NCBI RefSeq assembly: GCF_006345805.1
Contig: NC_043002.1
Span: 81,406,001 to 81,470,000, forward strand
DNA length: 64,000 nucleotides
Source of the DNA: Octopus sinensis
Lineage: Eukaryota
Reading direction: 5' to 3'
Shown here piece by piece: positions 50,575-64,000 of this stretch. The position numbers and the translations under genes were made by a program. The notes beneath the pieces were generated by a model. That model was given only the letters and a program-made list of their open reading frames with translations. It did not search any database and was not told where the DNA came from. Within the stretch, counting starts at the first letter, position 1. Every line of letters begins with the position of its first letter.

Positions 50575-51744
50575 ACATACATATGTATGTATATGTATAT
50601 ATATATTCATTATATATCAATAGCTGTACCAATATCTTGCTATGTGCACATGCATATACACACTTATACATGTATACGAGTGTATATGGTTGTTATATAG
50701 ATACAGCTGTATGTGCGTGCGTATATAAGTGTAAGTAACACGTGCAGTATATAATATATATATATACATAAATATATACACATGTATATGTATGTATGTG
50801 CGCGTTTTTATTCATAATTTTGTAAATAATTTTATATACAAGCATACATTCACACACACCACACACACACACACATATGTATGTATAAATGTATGTATGT
50901 ATGCATATGCAGAAGGCGAAAGTGTGAGGGAAAGAGAGAGAGGGGGGGTAGAGAAAGAAAGCGGTGTGCTACGAGTGTGTATATATTTATTTGTGCTTCC
51001 GACATAAGTAAAACGAAAATCAAAGTAACAAGACGAAAAAACAATGGCAGCTAACACTACAACTGCAGTGACTGGGCTAGAAATAGACAAGAAGATTTTA
51101 TTCCAGATATGTTTGTCTATTTTCCTTATTATATAAGAATGTTAGCGAGATATTTCTCAAGAAAATAAAAATATAATATTGTCTTCATATCATGCACCAT
51201 TTTTAAGTTGCTGCAAATGATATAAACTGAAATTATAAACTATACAGGTACATTATATATACAAACATACATACACACATGCATATACACTCATGTTTGT
51301 GTTGTATATATATATATGTATTTGTATATAAGTATATACACACATATATGTAGATTTATATACATATACACGCTCACACACTGACACATACACACACACA
51401 CACACACGTATATTATATATATACATGAGTTTGCGTGAGGTTGTGTAATAAAGAGTTATAAGTATATGTGAGGATGTGTATGAGTGTATATATCTGTAAG
51501 TATATATTTATATATATATATGCTATATATATTAAGTATTATATACGCGCACATCCATGCATTTTATAATAGAATATATGATATGCAACTAAATATAGTG
51601 TATAATGTATACAATATGAAACACTATAAATGTATGTGTGTATGTATGTATATATGCATGCATGTACGTATGCATATAAATATACATATACATAAATACA
51701 TATGTCCATACACACACACATACACTTACACATACACAGACATA

Positions 51745-51948
51745 AGAAAGGTAGTGCGCTGAAAAGTTACTGGCTTTTAGGAGGACCAGTTAAGTATGAT
51801 TTTATGCAACATGTTCCTCTCTCAGATTCACACATATTGCAGTGGTCCTTCAGTTTTTCTGAGACCTGTGAAAGAACTTGGAAATTTTGGCTTCCAACTC
51901 GGATTTTCGCAATACCTTTAAAGCCAGGAACTTTTCAGCACCTCCTCG
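51745..51948. mobile_element. Mariner-derived MITE, second copy
   Basis: Shares CTCTCAGATTCACAC...TTGCAGTGGTCCTTCAGTTTTTCT and the right TIR AAAGCCAGGAACTTTTCAGCACCTCCTCG with 22911-23125. Confidence 0.75.
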
Positions 51949-52403
51949 TGTGTGTGTGTGTGTGTCTATGTGTGTGCGTGCGTGTGTGCATGTGTGTGTG
52001 TTTCTGTGTGTGTGTACGTGTGCATGTGTGAAAACCGTAACCGACCAGGCTATCAGATGTTGCTACACATCGCTGGTCACAATGCGTTTCGCATTATTTT
52101 AGGCTTCAAATGACGCGAGCAGGCCAACAGACGAAAGAGTGAAGGAAAGTTGTGGCGAAAGAGTAGAGTAGGGATCGCCACCACCACCTGCCGGAGCCAC
52201 GTGGAGCTTTAGGTGTTTTAGCTCAATAAACACTCACAACGCTCGGTCTGGGAATCGAAACACCGATCCTACAACTGTGAGTCCGCTGCCCTAACCACTG
52301 AGCCATTGCGCCTCAGACACACACACACACACACATATATATTATATATATATATATCTATATATATATATTATATATAATATTATTATATATATATATT
52401 AAT

Positions 52404-52476
<73 letters not shown>

Positions 52477-52695
52477 ATATATATATAGTCCGACTTCATC
52501 TTCATCGTCATCATCATCTATCACAAAAATAAAATGATGTTTGTAACCAGCACATGCATTTGTGGTACCAACCATAGATATCTAAAAGATAGATATGCTT
52601 TACCTTTTATGTTGCACTTCATTCAGTCGTTAATCAGCGGTCATACTGGGGCATTGTCTTGAAGAGTTTTTTTGTCGAATGAGTCGACCGCAGTA

Positions 52696-52918
52696 CTGTA
52701 ATCCCTCGCCGTATCGCGGTTCACTTATCACGGTTTATTATTTAAGCTTACGTCGATTCCTCCGTCGTGTTGCTTTGCATTAATAATATAATCAAATAAA
52801 TATATACAAATTATAAAAAGATATAAAAAAATTATACAGTACTGTTTCTACTTCGCAGATTATCACCTTTCGCGGGGTGCTTTGGAACGTAACACCCGCG
52901 ATATTCGCGGGATTACTG
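52696..52918. mobile_element. pogo/Tigger-type MITE inserted in a SINE
   Basis: TA|CTGTAATCCCTCGCCGTATCGCGG ... CCGCGATATTCGCGGGATTACTG|TA. The flanks rejoin as family-A SINE sequence. Confidence 0.8.
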
Positions 52919-53217
52919 TAATTATTCCCTTCAATTCTAGAACTTATTCTGTCGGTGCCGTTTGTCCGCCCGCTAAGTTGTGTGGATATAAACATTCCAA
53001 CACTAGTTGTCAAGTGATGGTGAGACACACACACACACACACGCGCGCACAGACGTGCATATATATGAATATATATATGCGTGTGTAGGTGTTTATATAA
53101 AAATATATTCATAGATATACATATATACACATATATATATACATATATATATAAATACATATATATATATATATACATATATACATATCTATCTATAATA
53201 TATACGTGTGGGTGAAT

Positions 53218-53319
<102 letters not shown>

Positions 53320-53379
53320 TACTGGCCATTTCAACACTTGTACAAGGTTACACACGTCATCTACAGATTAACACTATGA

Positions 53380-53544
53380 CACCATCATCAATAGAGACTT
53401 CGATGCACTCAACACCTCCTTGTTTTCAAACCGTACTGATAAACCAAAAAGTGTAACATCTCAACGAAACTCCCTTTGTATCCAAAACAATCCACACTAA
53501 TACATACAATTACAACAACTTTTCCTCGAATATCATCTAATGGT

Positions 53545-53590
<46 letters not shown>

Positions 53591-53900
53591 ACACTCCAGC
53601 TATCGCTACGACTTGGCAAACAATTCCCCAACTTTCCTTAGATCACCTATCAATTATCATCACGATACCCTGGCTCAACAATGAAGACTGGAAAAACACT
53701 GTAGCAAACTTCAAAAAAAAGCACAATGAAAAGAAACATAACCAGAAACAAGGTTTTTCAGTATTCAACAACACCACAAACCAAACAACGACGCTGCATT
53801 ACTTACATTCAATAAAATAATGGTAGAAACATCTAAAATATAAAAAAAAAAAACATATCCCATAAGGCAACATAAAATATACTACCTCAATTATACGTCA
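53380..53900 (+). mobile_element. Degenerate APE endonuclease relic of a non-LTR retrotransposon
   Basis: INRDFDALNT (cf. GDFNAH), then WQTIPQLSLDHLSIIITIPWLNNEDWK (cf. SDHLPI...ADW). Interrupted by (CA)n. Confidence 0.45.
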
Positions 53901-54022
53901 GAAATAGTCAAACTAATAAAAAAAATAACCAAAGACGATCTCAAACACAATACACCAAAACTCGAAATAAAACTCAGCATCAAACAGCTGAACAAGGCAA
54001 CATATATACATACATATATATG

Positions 54023-54075
<53 letters not shown>

Positions 54076-54638
54076 ATATATATATACACGCTATAAAGAA
54101 AAAATTAAACTAACAAATATATATGTGTAAATATATATATATACACACATACATACATATAAGTATAGAAAAAATGAAAACTGACAAATATACAAATATA
54201 TATATATAAATATGTGTAAATATATTTATATATATACATACACACACACACTTACGCGTACACAAAAAACCACACACACACACATATACATATATATATA
54301 TGTGCCATAGAATAAAAGGAAACTGGTAAATATTTGTATCAACGTAAGCCAGAAAAGTAAGTATAAAATATTATATAGAATAATTGACTTCATCATCACC
54401 AATAACAAGAACAGCAACAACAACGGTCACATGATAACTCCTTTCACAATAACGACCTCAAATAATATATTCACATTGCAACGCCAAGTAATCGTACTTA
54501 CCAGACATTTCCCGAAAATCTTACATAAACGTCCACACCAAGAAGACAATTAAAAATAAGCAGCTTCTACGTGAAACTATGACTTTTGCTTCCTTCTTCT
54601 ATAGAACACCCGAAATTGAAATGGGGTTTCTAAAATCT

Positions 54639-54860
54639 GGGATCTTTACCGTTTGACGTGCAGATTTAAAAAATAACTTTTTGTAACTAATCACTTTCAA
54701 ATTTCTGACGCTGATAGAATGTGTCATATAAAACATGTTTTACTCTTAGTATTTTTGAGAAGAACTTATATTTACGAAGTAATTTCACGTTAAAGTAGGC
54801 CTATTTCGGTAATTTCAACCAATCAATGACGTGTATTCAAGTGAATAAAATTACTGCCTC
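54639..54860. mobile_element. Diverged partial relative of the 29830-30263 MITE (one arm, inverted)
   Basis: GGGATCTTTACCGTTTGACGTGCAG...GTAACTAA...TAGAATGTGTCATATAAAACATG...CCAATCAATGACGT aligns by eye to the reverse complement of the MITE right arm. Confidence 0.65.
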
Positions 54861-57226
54861 AGTTTGTGATCTTTAGAGACGTGCGCTGCATGAAAACATG
54901 GATGATCATCAGGAGAGCCACGTTACTTAAAAGAATTTCAAAGTAATGTTTCCTTAGGCGTGCTATTCTGAACGTCCTTGCGGGTCACAGTTTGCCCATA
55001 TCTGCTCTACAACAAGCAAGTAGCACATACCAGATTCTCTTTCTCTCCCTCGCTTGCTCTCACTTTGTTTCTCTCTCTCTGTCTCTCTTTCTCAATCTGT
55101 CATCATACATAACAACATAAATCTAAAACACATACCCAAGCAACCCCTTCGAAATATTCACAGCACTCGCAGAATTCATTGGGAAAGAAAGGCAAGACGA
55201 TGCACAAACATACATAGATTAATAAAAAAAATCCCTTTTGGTCATCACATGAAAGTAACAATGATACACAAAACTGTATTAGATTAACTTTCTAGCATAT
55301 TAGTCGTAACTGGGTCCTCAATCACTTGCCAAAAAAAAACCCAAAGAAACTGACACTCCATTGGTCACAATGACGTGGGTTCCTGTTGATCCGATCAACG
55401 GAACCACCTGCTCGTTAAATTAACGTGCTAGTGGCTTAGTACTCCACAGACACGAATACCCTTAACGTAGTTCTCGAGTAGATTCAACGTGACACAGAAT
55501 GTGACAAGGCTGGCCCTTTGAAATACAGGTACTACTCATTTTTGCCAGCTGAGTGGACAGGAGTAATGTGAAATAAAGTGTCTTTTCAAGGACACAACGC
55601 GCCGGCGAGAATTGAACGCACGACCGCATGATCGTGAGTCGAATACCCTAACCACTAAACCACGCGCCTTTAATGTCCAAACAATCCACAATAAACTATG
55701 TGTGGTGTGTGTGTGAGTGTGAGTGTGTGTACGTGTGTGTGTGTGTGTGTATTCCTAGTATGTTGATATGATAATACATTCTATTATATGATGATCCTTT
55801 CTATTATAGGCACAAGGCCTGATATTTCGGTTGAGGAGTATAGTCGATTACGTTGACCCCAGTGCTCAACTGGTATTTATTTTATCGACCCGGAAAGGAT
55901 AAAAGACAAAGTTGACCTCAGCGGAATTTAAACTCGGGAGGTAAAGACGGACAAAACGCCGCTAAGCGTTTTGACCGGCGAGCTAACGATTGTTCCAGCT
56001 CACCACCTTAGTTTCGACACAAATTATAACCATAGACCATATATACAGCCACATAAATGTACTACTTATGAAAGCGCAAATGGACCTACGTATGAAGGGA
56101 GCATTTTGTTGCCGCAGAAACCTTCAACTAACACGGCCCGTGCTTATTACGCGAGAAAACTCACTCGCAAACAATATCAAAGATGATAACAACATCTAAA
56201 AATCATAATTTCTCCATTTTAGCCTGGATATGCATAAGGAACAGATATCCAGAAAGCATAGGTGATGACCTAGCAATTTAAGGCTTAGCACTAGAGATCG
56301 TCAGGTCGTAATTTCGATTTCTGGACCGAACAGTGCGTTTTGTTCAGCAAAAACACGTCGGGCTGCTCTTAAAGAAAATGATAGCCATTACACCGTCATA
56401 CTTCGTATTCCAATCACACAACATGTCATTATCTTTGATCGACCAGTACCTTGTTAGCCTGTCATTCCAAAGACTGAACTGACAATGGCAACTCCCTTAC
56501 GCCTGTGAGAATTAGTAGTTGTATTGGCAATCACCTAGTTTTGAGTTCAGTTCCACTGCCTGGCACCTGGGGTGTCTTCTGCTATAGCCACAAACTGACT
56601 AGTGTTTTGTGAATGAATTCGGTAAGCGGAAACTGTACGGAAGCTTGTCGTGTATATGTATGTGTGTGTGCGCGTATGCATACGTGTGCGCATGTGCGCA
56701 CCTTTGCGTTTGTTTCTTGCAACTTGACAACTGGTTTGTCTATTTACCTGCCTGCAACTTAGCGGTTCATCAAAAATACACTGATAGAATAAGTGCCAGA
56801 CACCAACAGAATAAGTACCAGACTACGTGAAGATCCACACTGCTGCCCTCAAAACAGCACACGAAAATAAAGCATAACTACTACATTAGGCCACAATCAC
56901 TACACAATGTAACACTACCACCATCACTGGCACCGTCACCATCACCACGACTACTACAACCACAACCATTATTACTTTATGTATCAGTACCACCAACACT
57001 AACACAACTCTACAGACGCACGCACACATAGAATGTACACAACATATATATATACATATATATGTAGAGAGAGAGAGAGAAAGAAAGAGAGAACGAGAGA
57101 ATGCATACATAAGTGTGTGTGTATGCGTGTGTGTATTGTGTGTATATATATATATACACACACACGCATACAATACATAAATATATGATGCACAATACAC
57201 ACACATAGATACATACATACATATAT

Positions 57227-57324
<98 letters not shown>

Positions 57325-57358
57325 TATATACCTATACACAATATATGTATGTATATAT

Positions 57359-58165
57359 TCAGGGTGCAGTGAATAAAATGATAATACCACTGACATCTCA
57401 TATTAACAGATATATTTACCAAAATTACATTAAATAAATATCTTGAAATACTAAAGAGTAAATTTATTCAGTAAAATCGCTATTGGCTTCGACCACGGCT
57501 TGCAGACGACTTCGAAATCTCCTGCAACTCTTCTGGACGGTCTCCTAGTTTAAACTGGTGAATGCAGCCACAATCCTTGATTTCAATTCATCGTTGGTTT
57601 CTCGCTCAACTGCCCCGAACACATAATAATCAAAGGGGTTACAATCTGGGAAGTTAGGTGTCCAGATGTTAGGGGTGATGTGGTAGCAAAAATTTCTGAC
57701 AGCCATGACTGGCTCCTCTTTCTTGTGTGGAATGGTGCAGAGTCCTGTTGTCAGACATAGTGTCTTCCAGCAACCACCCTCTTGACCTAGGGCAGCACTA
57801 ACTCCTCCAGGCATTTGATGTAGGCCTCTGTGTTGAGTCTAAGGCTCCGTGGGAAGATGAACGGAGGCATAACGTCAATATCACTAGTGATCACTCTAAA
57901 CACCGTTATGTTCACTGAATGTTTGATTTTTATCACACTTCGTACTTGTCCTCAGATTGCACTGTCCTCAGATTGACAGCCAAACACTCTGAAATGTTCG
58001 TATTTGAGCGTCCCGCGCAAATACGAAGCAGCACAGCATATCATGAATTACGTCATGATGCAATTTTTCTCAGAGTCAGTGCCCAACTGACCCTACCAAA
58101 ATCAAAAACAAACAATGCGCATGTGCGAAATTAAAAATTTAAAATGGCGACAACTTACCCATCAT
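57359..58165 (-). mobile_element. Tc1/mariner maT (DD37D-like) transposase relic
   Basis: Minus strand YV*QQDSAPFH ... HITPNIWTPNFPDCNPFDYYVFGAVERETN. Matches the QQDSAP...WPPNSPDCNPLD catalytic region. Ends are approximate. Confidence 0.8.
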
Positions 58166-58304
58166 GGAGGTGATAGAGTCGGTGGTGGTAGTTTACAGTG
58201 CATATTGAATGAGAGTGGGGATAATATTCCATGTGGCGTGTGTAAGTATATATGTATTTATTCTCTGTTTATCTGTCCGTTTGTCTGACTGTCTGTCTCT
58301 CTCC

Positions 58305-58350
<46 letters not shown>

Positions 58351-58400
58351 GCGTGTGCGTGCGCGCCCGCAGGTATGAGTGTGTAAGTATATATACATAT

Positions 58401-58451
<51 letters not shown>

Positions 58452-58695
58452 GACAGACAGACAGATAAACAGAGAATAAATACATATATACTTACACACC
58501 ACATGGAATATTATCCCCACCCTCATTCAATATGCACTGTAAACCACCACCACCGACTCTATCAGCATCATTATCACCAACACATCGCATCAATGCCATC
58601 AACACCGCCACCATAAACCAATGCACGCTATACATAACCACACAGCATCGCATACAACCATCGCCACAACCAATTAAACCACCACCACCACCACC

Positions 58696-58731
<36 letters not shown>

Positions 58732-59261
58732 CCATCACCAGCAGAAGCAGCAGCACGCCGTCGCCTCACGATGTCGCCGCCATACCAGCCATGACATAAA
58801 CCAAAATCTAATCCAGATCAAAGCGTAATTTGTCATTTAACCGTTATGTATCCCCCATAAAGTTACCTACCACCACATCACCATCCCTAACACCACCGCC
58901 ACCTCCACCTCCACCACCACCACGGCCATCGTCATCACCTTTACCGTCAACAGCATCATCATCACCGACAGCATCGTCAACGGCACCACATAGACAGACG
59001 CATTAATGAGGTTAGCTTCTTTCGTGCTTGTGTGTATGCGTGTGTATATATGTGTGTATGCGTGTGTATATGTGTGTATACATATGTGTGTGTATATATG
59101 TGTGTCTGCTGTCTTTCACTGTGTATGTACATGCTTGTGTATGTGTGTGTGTGCGTGTGTTGTGTGTGTGTGTTTGTATATGTTGTGTTTATATTAATGT
59201 GCGTTTCACATGTTTTATATCTATGTGCCCGTTTCACGTATGCGCTTAGGTGTGTATACAC

Positions 59262-59900
59262 TCACACACACGCAACGGTATATACACAAACATATATACA
59301 TATATACACGCACATACACACGCAACGGTATATACACAAACATATATACATATATACACACACATACACACACACGCACATACACACGCAACGGTATATA
59401 CACAAGCATATATACATATATACACACACATACACACGCAACGGTATATACACAAACATATATACATATATACACACACATACACACACACACGCACATA
59501 CACACGCAACGGTATATACACAAACATATATACATATATACACACACATACACACACACACGCACATACACACGCAACGGTATATACACAAGCATATATA
59601 CATATATACACACACACACACACACACGCACATACACACGCAACGGTATAATACACAAGATATATACCATATACACACACATACACACACACACGCACAC
59701 AACACGCAACGGTATATACACAAGCATATATAATATATACACACACATACACACACACAACGCACATACACACGCCACGGTATATACAACAAACATATAT
59801 ACATATATACACACACATACACACACACACGCACATACACACGCAACGGTATATACACAAGCATATATACATATATACACACACATACACACCCACGCAC
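59262..59900. repeat. Minisatellite, ~10 units of 50-70 bp
   Basis: The anchor CACACGCAACGGTATATACACAA recurs about 10 times with variable CA/TA tracts. Confidence 0.9.
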
Positions 59901-59916
59901 ATACACACGCAAACAT

Positions 59917-59948
<32 letters not shown>

Positions 59949-60090
59949 CATACACACACGCACACACACCTGTACACACATTTGAGCACTTCTGTTTGCA
60001 CATATGCGCGGGTGTTTGCGCGCACGTACGGATTATATGTATAACTGAAAGTGTCTCTTCAATATTTCCAAGTATGTGTGTCAGAAAGAA

Positions 60091-60125
<35 letters not shown>

Positions 60126-60430
60126 TAGACATAGATAGACAGACTGACAGACGTGCAGATAGAGACTATGCGAGGACGTCTTTCTACATGCTGACTATAA
60201 CGATATGGATATTCCAGGGTATGTTTGGCGTGTGCGTATACGAATTCTATTTATGCATGCGCGTATTGTGTACATTGCTATTTGCAATTTATGAATGCAT
60301 ACAAATATGTGTATACGCATATTCGTATATACCGGTGTACATGGCATTCTTTTAAAATGATTTTCTCTAAAAGTGAGTTATATATGTGTGTTCGAGTATT
60401 ATGTGTATGTACGCATGTATGTAAAGGTAG

Positions 60431-60495
<65 letters not shown>

Positions 60496-60784
60496 CATAC
60501 ATACATACATACATACATACATACATACATGCATACATACATACATACATACATACAAACATACATATATACATACATACACATACGCGCCTAAATACAT
60601 ATATATAAGAATACATATATATACGTCAATATATATATATACACATATATGCTTATATATATATATTTGTGTGTGTGTGTGTATCTATACATACATATAT
60701 ATATATGTGTGTGTGCATATGTATATATATATATACACATATACATACATACATATATATATATAAATATATATATACATACAC

Positions 60785-61032
60785 TTTTTCTTGTACTTGT
60801 TTCAGTCATGTGACTGCGGCCATACTGCAGCACCGCCTTTAGTAAACAAATCGACCCCAGGACTTATTCTTTGTAAGCCTAGTACTTATTCTATCGGTTT
60901 TCTTTTGCAGAACCGCTAGGCTATGCGGACGTAGACACACCAAAATTTGGTTGCCAAGCGATGATGGGGGGGGGGAGGACAAACACAAATACATACACAC
61001 ATACGTACATACATACATACATACATACATCA

Positions 61033-61086
<54 letters not shown>

Positions 61087-61215
61087 CGGGCTTCTTTCAG
61101 TTTCCATCTACCAAATCCACTCACAAGGTTATAGTAGAAGACGCCTGCCGAAGGTGCCACACAGTGGGACTGAACCCAGAATCATATGGTTGGGAATCAT
61201 GCTTCTTACCGCATA
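60785..61215 (-). mobile_element. SINE family A
   Basis: Reverse copy with an expanded (TACA)n core. Confidence 0.85.
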
Positions 61216-61945
61216 TACGTTTGCATGCAAGAATAAATGTATGCATACACCCCCCCCCCACATATATATGCATATACATATACACACATATGTATGTATA
61301 TTCATATATGCATATATATGTATATGCGTGTGTATGAGTGTGCGTGTGTGTGTGTGTGTAAAAACATATGCATTTGCGTGTATGTATACATATGTGTGTG
61401 CATGTGTTCATGTAAGTATGCATGCGTTTGCATGGTTTGTATGTGTGGATATGTGTGTTTCTGTATAAGTACCAACTTGTGATTAACTATCTGTATTCTA
61501 TTTTGGGTGTGTTTGTCGAGTTAGACCAATAATCGCTCGCAAATAGAACGAGTGTGTATATGTGTGGGTGAGTGCTCGCTTGTATGTGTATACTTACTTT
61601 TCTATGTAAGAATATGAACGTTCTCCCTCTCTTTCTCTCTCTCTCTCTCTCCTCTCTTTCTACATATCTATCTCTCACTCTATTTCTCCCTCTCTCCCTC
61701 TGTTAATATGCGTGTGTGTGCGTGCGTGTCCGTGTGTGAGTGTGATGTGTGTGTGTATAAATGTCGAAATAGAACATGGAAGAGATTAAAGGAAAATGAC
61801 AAAGGACAAATACATACGGAAATCCTCTCATCAGCTATGGACACTAGAATCCCGCGTAGTTTTGGTCCGTTTGAAAACCGAACACTTTAAATTGTTTCTC
61901 TAAATTGCTTCTTTAAATTGCTTTAAATTGCTTCTCTAGTTGCAG

Positions 61946-62003
61946 ATGTGATGTAGGAAATATCATTGCAGTGATGGACAAACAAGGCATAAAGGTGAAG
62001 GAG
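61946..62003 (+). other. Candidate 58-nt exon
   Basis: TTGCTTCTCTAGTTGCAG| ... GAG|GTAAAC. Open frame CDVGNIIAVMDKQGIKVKE. Confidence 0.25.
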
Positions 62004-62200
62004 GTAAACATAGAAAGGACAGAAACAATTGAGTAACAGGAAATATATACACGTGCTGTGTGAATGTGTGTGTGTGTGCGTGCGTGTGCAAGTTATATAT
62101 AAGCACAATTTAACATCAAACTAAAAAATACTGAAGGATTATCTGTATGTACATGGCGATCTGTATAAATATAACATACGTGAATACATACGAACATATA

Positions 62201-62787
62201 AGTTAAGTTAAGTTAATTTTTGGGCTCAAAAAGCAAAAAGCAAGGCCATGTAGGGGGACATGGAGTTATGTACAGGGTGGTGTTCATGCAAAGAGTTCAG
62301 GCCATTTGTGGTCAAGGGAGACTTTGAACCGAGCGGTCGTCGGCATCTTCACTATCTCAAGCACTGAACCTTGAGGCACGCCACTGCTCGCACTGGAGAC
62401 GTCGGACAGCGAACCATTAACTTGGACTTGGAAGGAGCGATCTGAGAGGAAGGCACCAACCCATCGTACAATATCCGGATGGAAACTATATGCTTGAAGC
62501 TTGTCAAGTAATAGGCGGTGGTTTACCGAGTCGAAAGCTTTGGCAAAGTCCAATAAAACGATGTCAACTGCATCACCATCATCGAGGATACGCGTCACCA
62601 ATTCTTCCATTACCAGTAAGTTGGTCAAGCATGATCTCTTCGGCACGAAGCCGTGTTGGGAATCAGAGATAGAGGCTGTGTTTTGGAGGTGGAGCAACAT
62701 ACTTTTCTTAAGGATGGTTTCGAACATCTTGCTAACTATTGAAGTAAGGGAAACCGGCCGGTAGTTAAGCGGTTCTTCGCGGCTCAT
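62201..62787 (-). mobile_element. CR1-clade LINE 3' fragment with internal deletion
   Basis: NYRPVSLTSIVSK, QHGF, SCLTNLL, DFAKAFDSVNH, SGVPQGSVL, joined directly to a C-terminal IVKMPTTARFKVSLD. Short 3' UTR and (TTAAC)n tail. Confidence 0.9.
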
Positions 62788-63256
62788 AAATATATACGTG
62801 TGTGCGCGTGTGTTGTGTATGTATCTATATATATATGTATATATGTATGTATTTATCTATGTATAACGTGATAGAACACTAAACGGGCACATGCAATATG
62901 ATAATATGATATCAGATATATGATATATATATAATAAAAATAAATGTTCCTTCTCGAGCCATGCCAGGCTCATAAAGGCCGGTTTCCCGGTTTCAGTGGC
63001 CTAGAAATTCCCCGCTTGGACGGGACGCCGATCCGTCGCAGCGTTACTCATTTTTGCCAGCTGAGTGGACTGGAGCAACGTGAAATGAAGTGTTTTGCTC
63101 AAGAACACAACGCGTCGCCCAGTCCAAGAATCGACCCACAACCTTACGATCATGAATTCAACACACTAACCACTAACCACGCGCCTCCACATACACGCAG
63201 CACACACAACACACACACACACACAACACACACACACACACACACACACATATCTA

Positions 63257-63296
<40 letters not shown>

Positions 63297-63524
63297 TAGA
63301 TATAAAAATAAATTAGAGATAAAACCACTATTATGCAACTCAATATATATATGCGTATGTATGTGTGTGTATATGAAGGTTTGTATATATGTAAATAGGT
63401 GTATGTGTATCTATGTATGTATGTCCTTAGAGTTGGCAGGATGTAAACGTCTTCATTCAACAACAGAAGGATGCTTGCGAAATAATTTCCATAAGAACCG
63501 CAAGACCAAAACAACATTCGTTAT

Positions 63525-63793
63525 ATTCTTTTATTCTTCTATTTGTTTCAGTCATTTGACTGCGGCCATGCTGGAGCACCGCCCCGGATGAGCAAATCGA
63601 CCCCAGGACCCACTCTTTGTAAGCCTAGTACTTATTCTATCGGTCTCTCTTGCCGAACCGCTAAGTTATGGGGACGCAAACACACCAGCATCGGTTGTCA
63701 AACGATGTTTGGGGGACAAACATAGACCCACAAACATCTATACACACATACATACACACACACACACCACACACACACATATATATATATATA

Positions 63794-63828
<35 letters not shown>

Positions 63829-63993
63829 TATATACGACGGGCTTCTTTCAGCTTCCGTCAATCAAATCACTCACAAGGCTTGGTCGCCCGAGGCTATAGT
63901 ATAAGCACTTGCCCAAGGTGCCACGCAGTGGACTGAACCCGGACCCATGTGGTTTGTAAGTAAGCTACTTACCACACAGCCACTCCTGCGCCT
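63525..63993 (-). mobile_element. SINE family A
   Basis: Reverse copy ending CCACACAGCCACTCCTGCGCCT. Degenerate family-A pieces also occur near 5490, 18025, 18250, 30520, 36420, 40100, 52615 and 56490. Confidence 0.9.
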
Positions 63994-64000
63994 GAGGTCG

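Overview
AT-rich, repeat-saturated animal genomic DNA. The tRNA-headed SINE families and compound microsatellites look like Octopus (cephalopod) non-coding sequence; this is inferred from recognised repeats, not from a database hit. No intact, identifiable host protein-coding gene was found, and almost all ORF-track entries are translated microsatellites. Contents: (1) dozens of tRNA-derived SINEs of at least three families, including nested copies with exact TSDs; (2) a near full-length RTE-clade LINE (45.7-49.3 kb, minus) whose only visible ORF-breaking lesions are frameshifts; (3) an R4/Dong-like LINE relic bounded by (TAA)n and split by an L1/Tx1 3' fragment; (4) CR1, Penelope-like and APE/RT relics; (5) mariner, maT (DD37D), pogo-, piggyBac- and hAT-like relics and MITEs, one carrying telomeric TTAGGG repeats; (6) several foldback inverted repeats. 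Best lead: a short non-autonomous repeat family (copies at ~15.2-15.5 kb and ~30.9-31.1 kb) that combines a tRNA-like Pol III head, a head-to-head inverted 5' duplication and a minimal type I hammerhead ribozyme. A few weak plus-strand splice-bounded segments may belong to a large-intron host gene.
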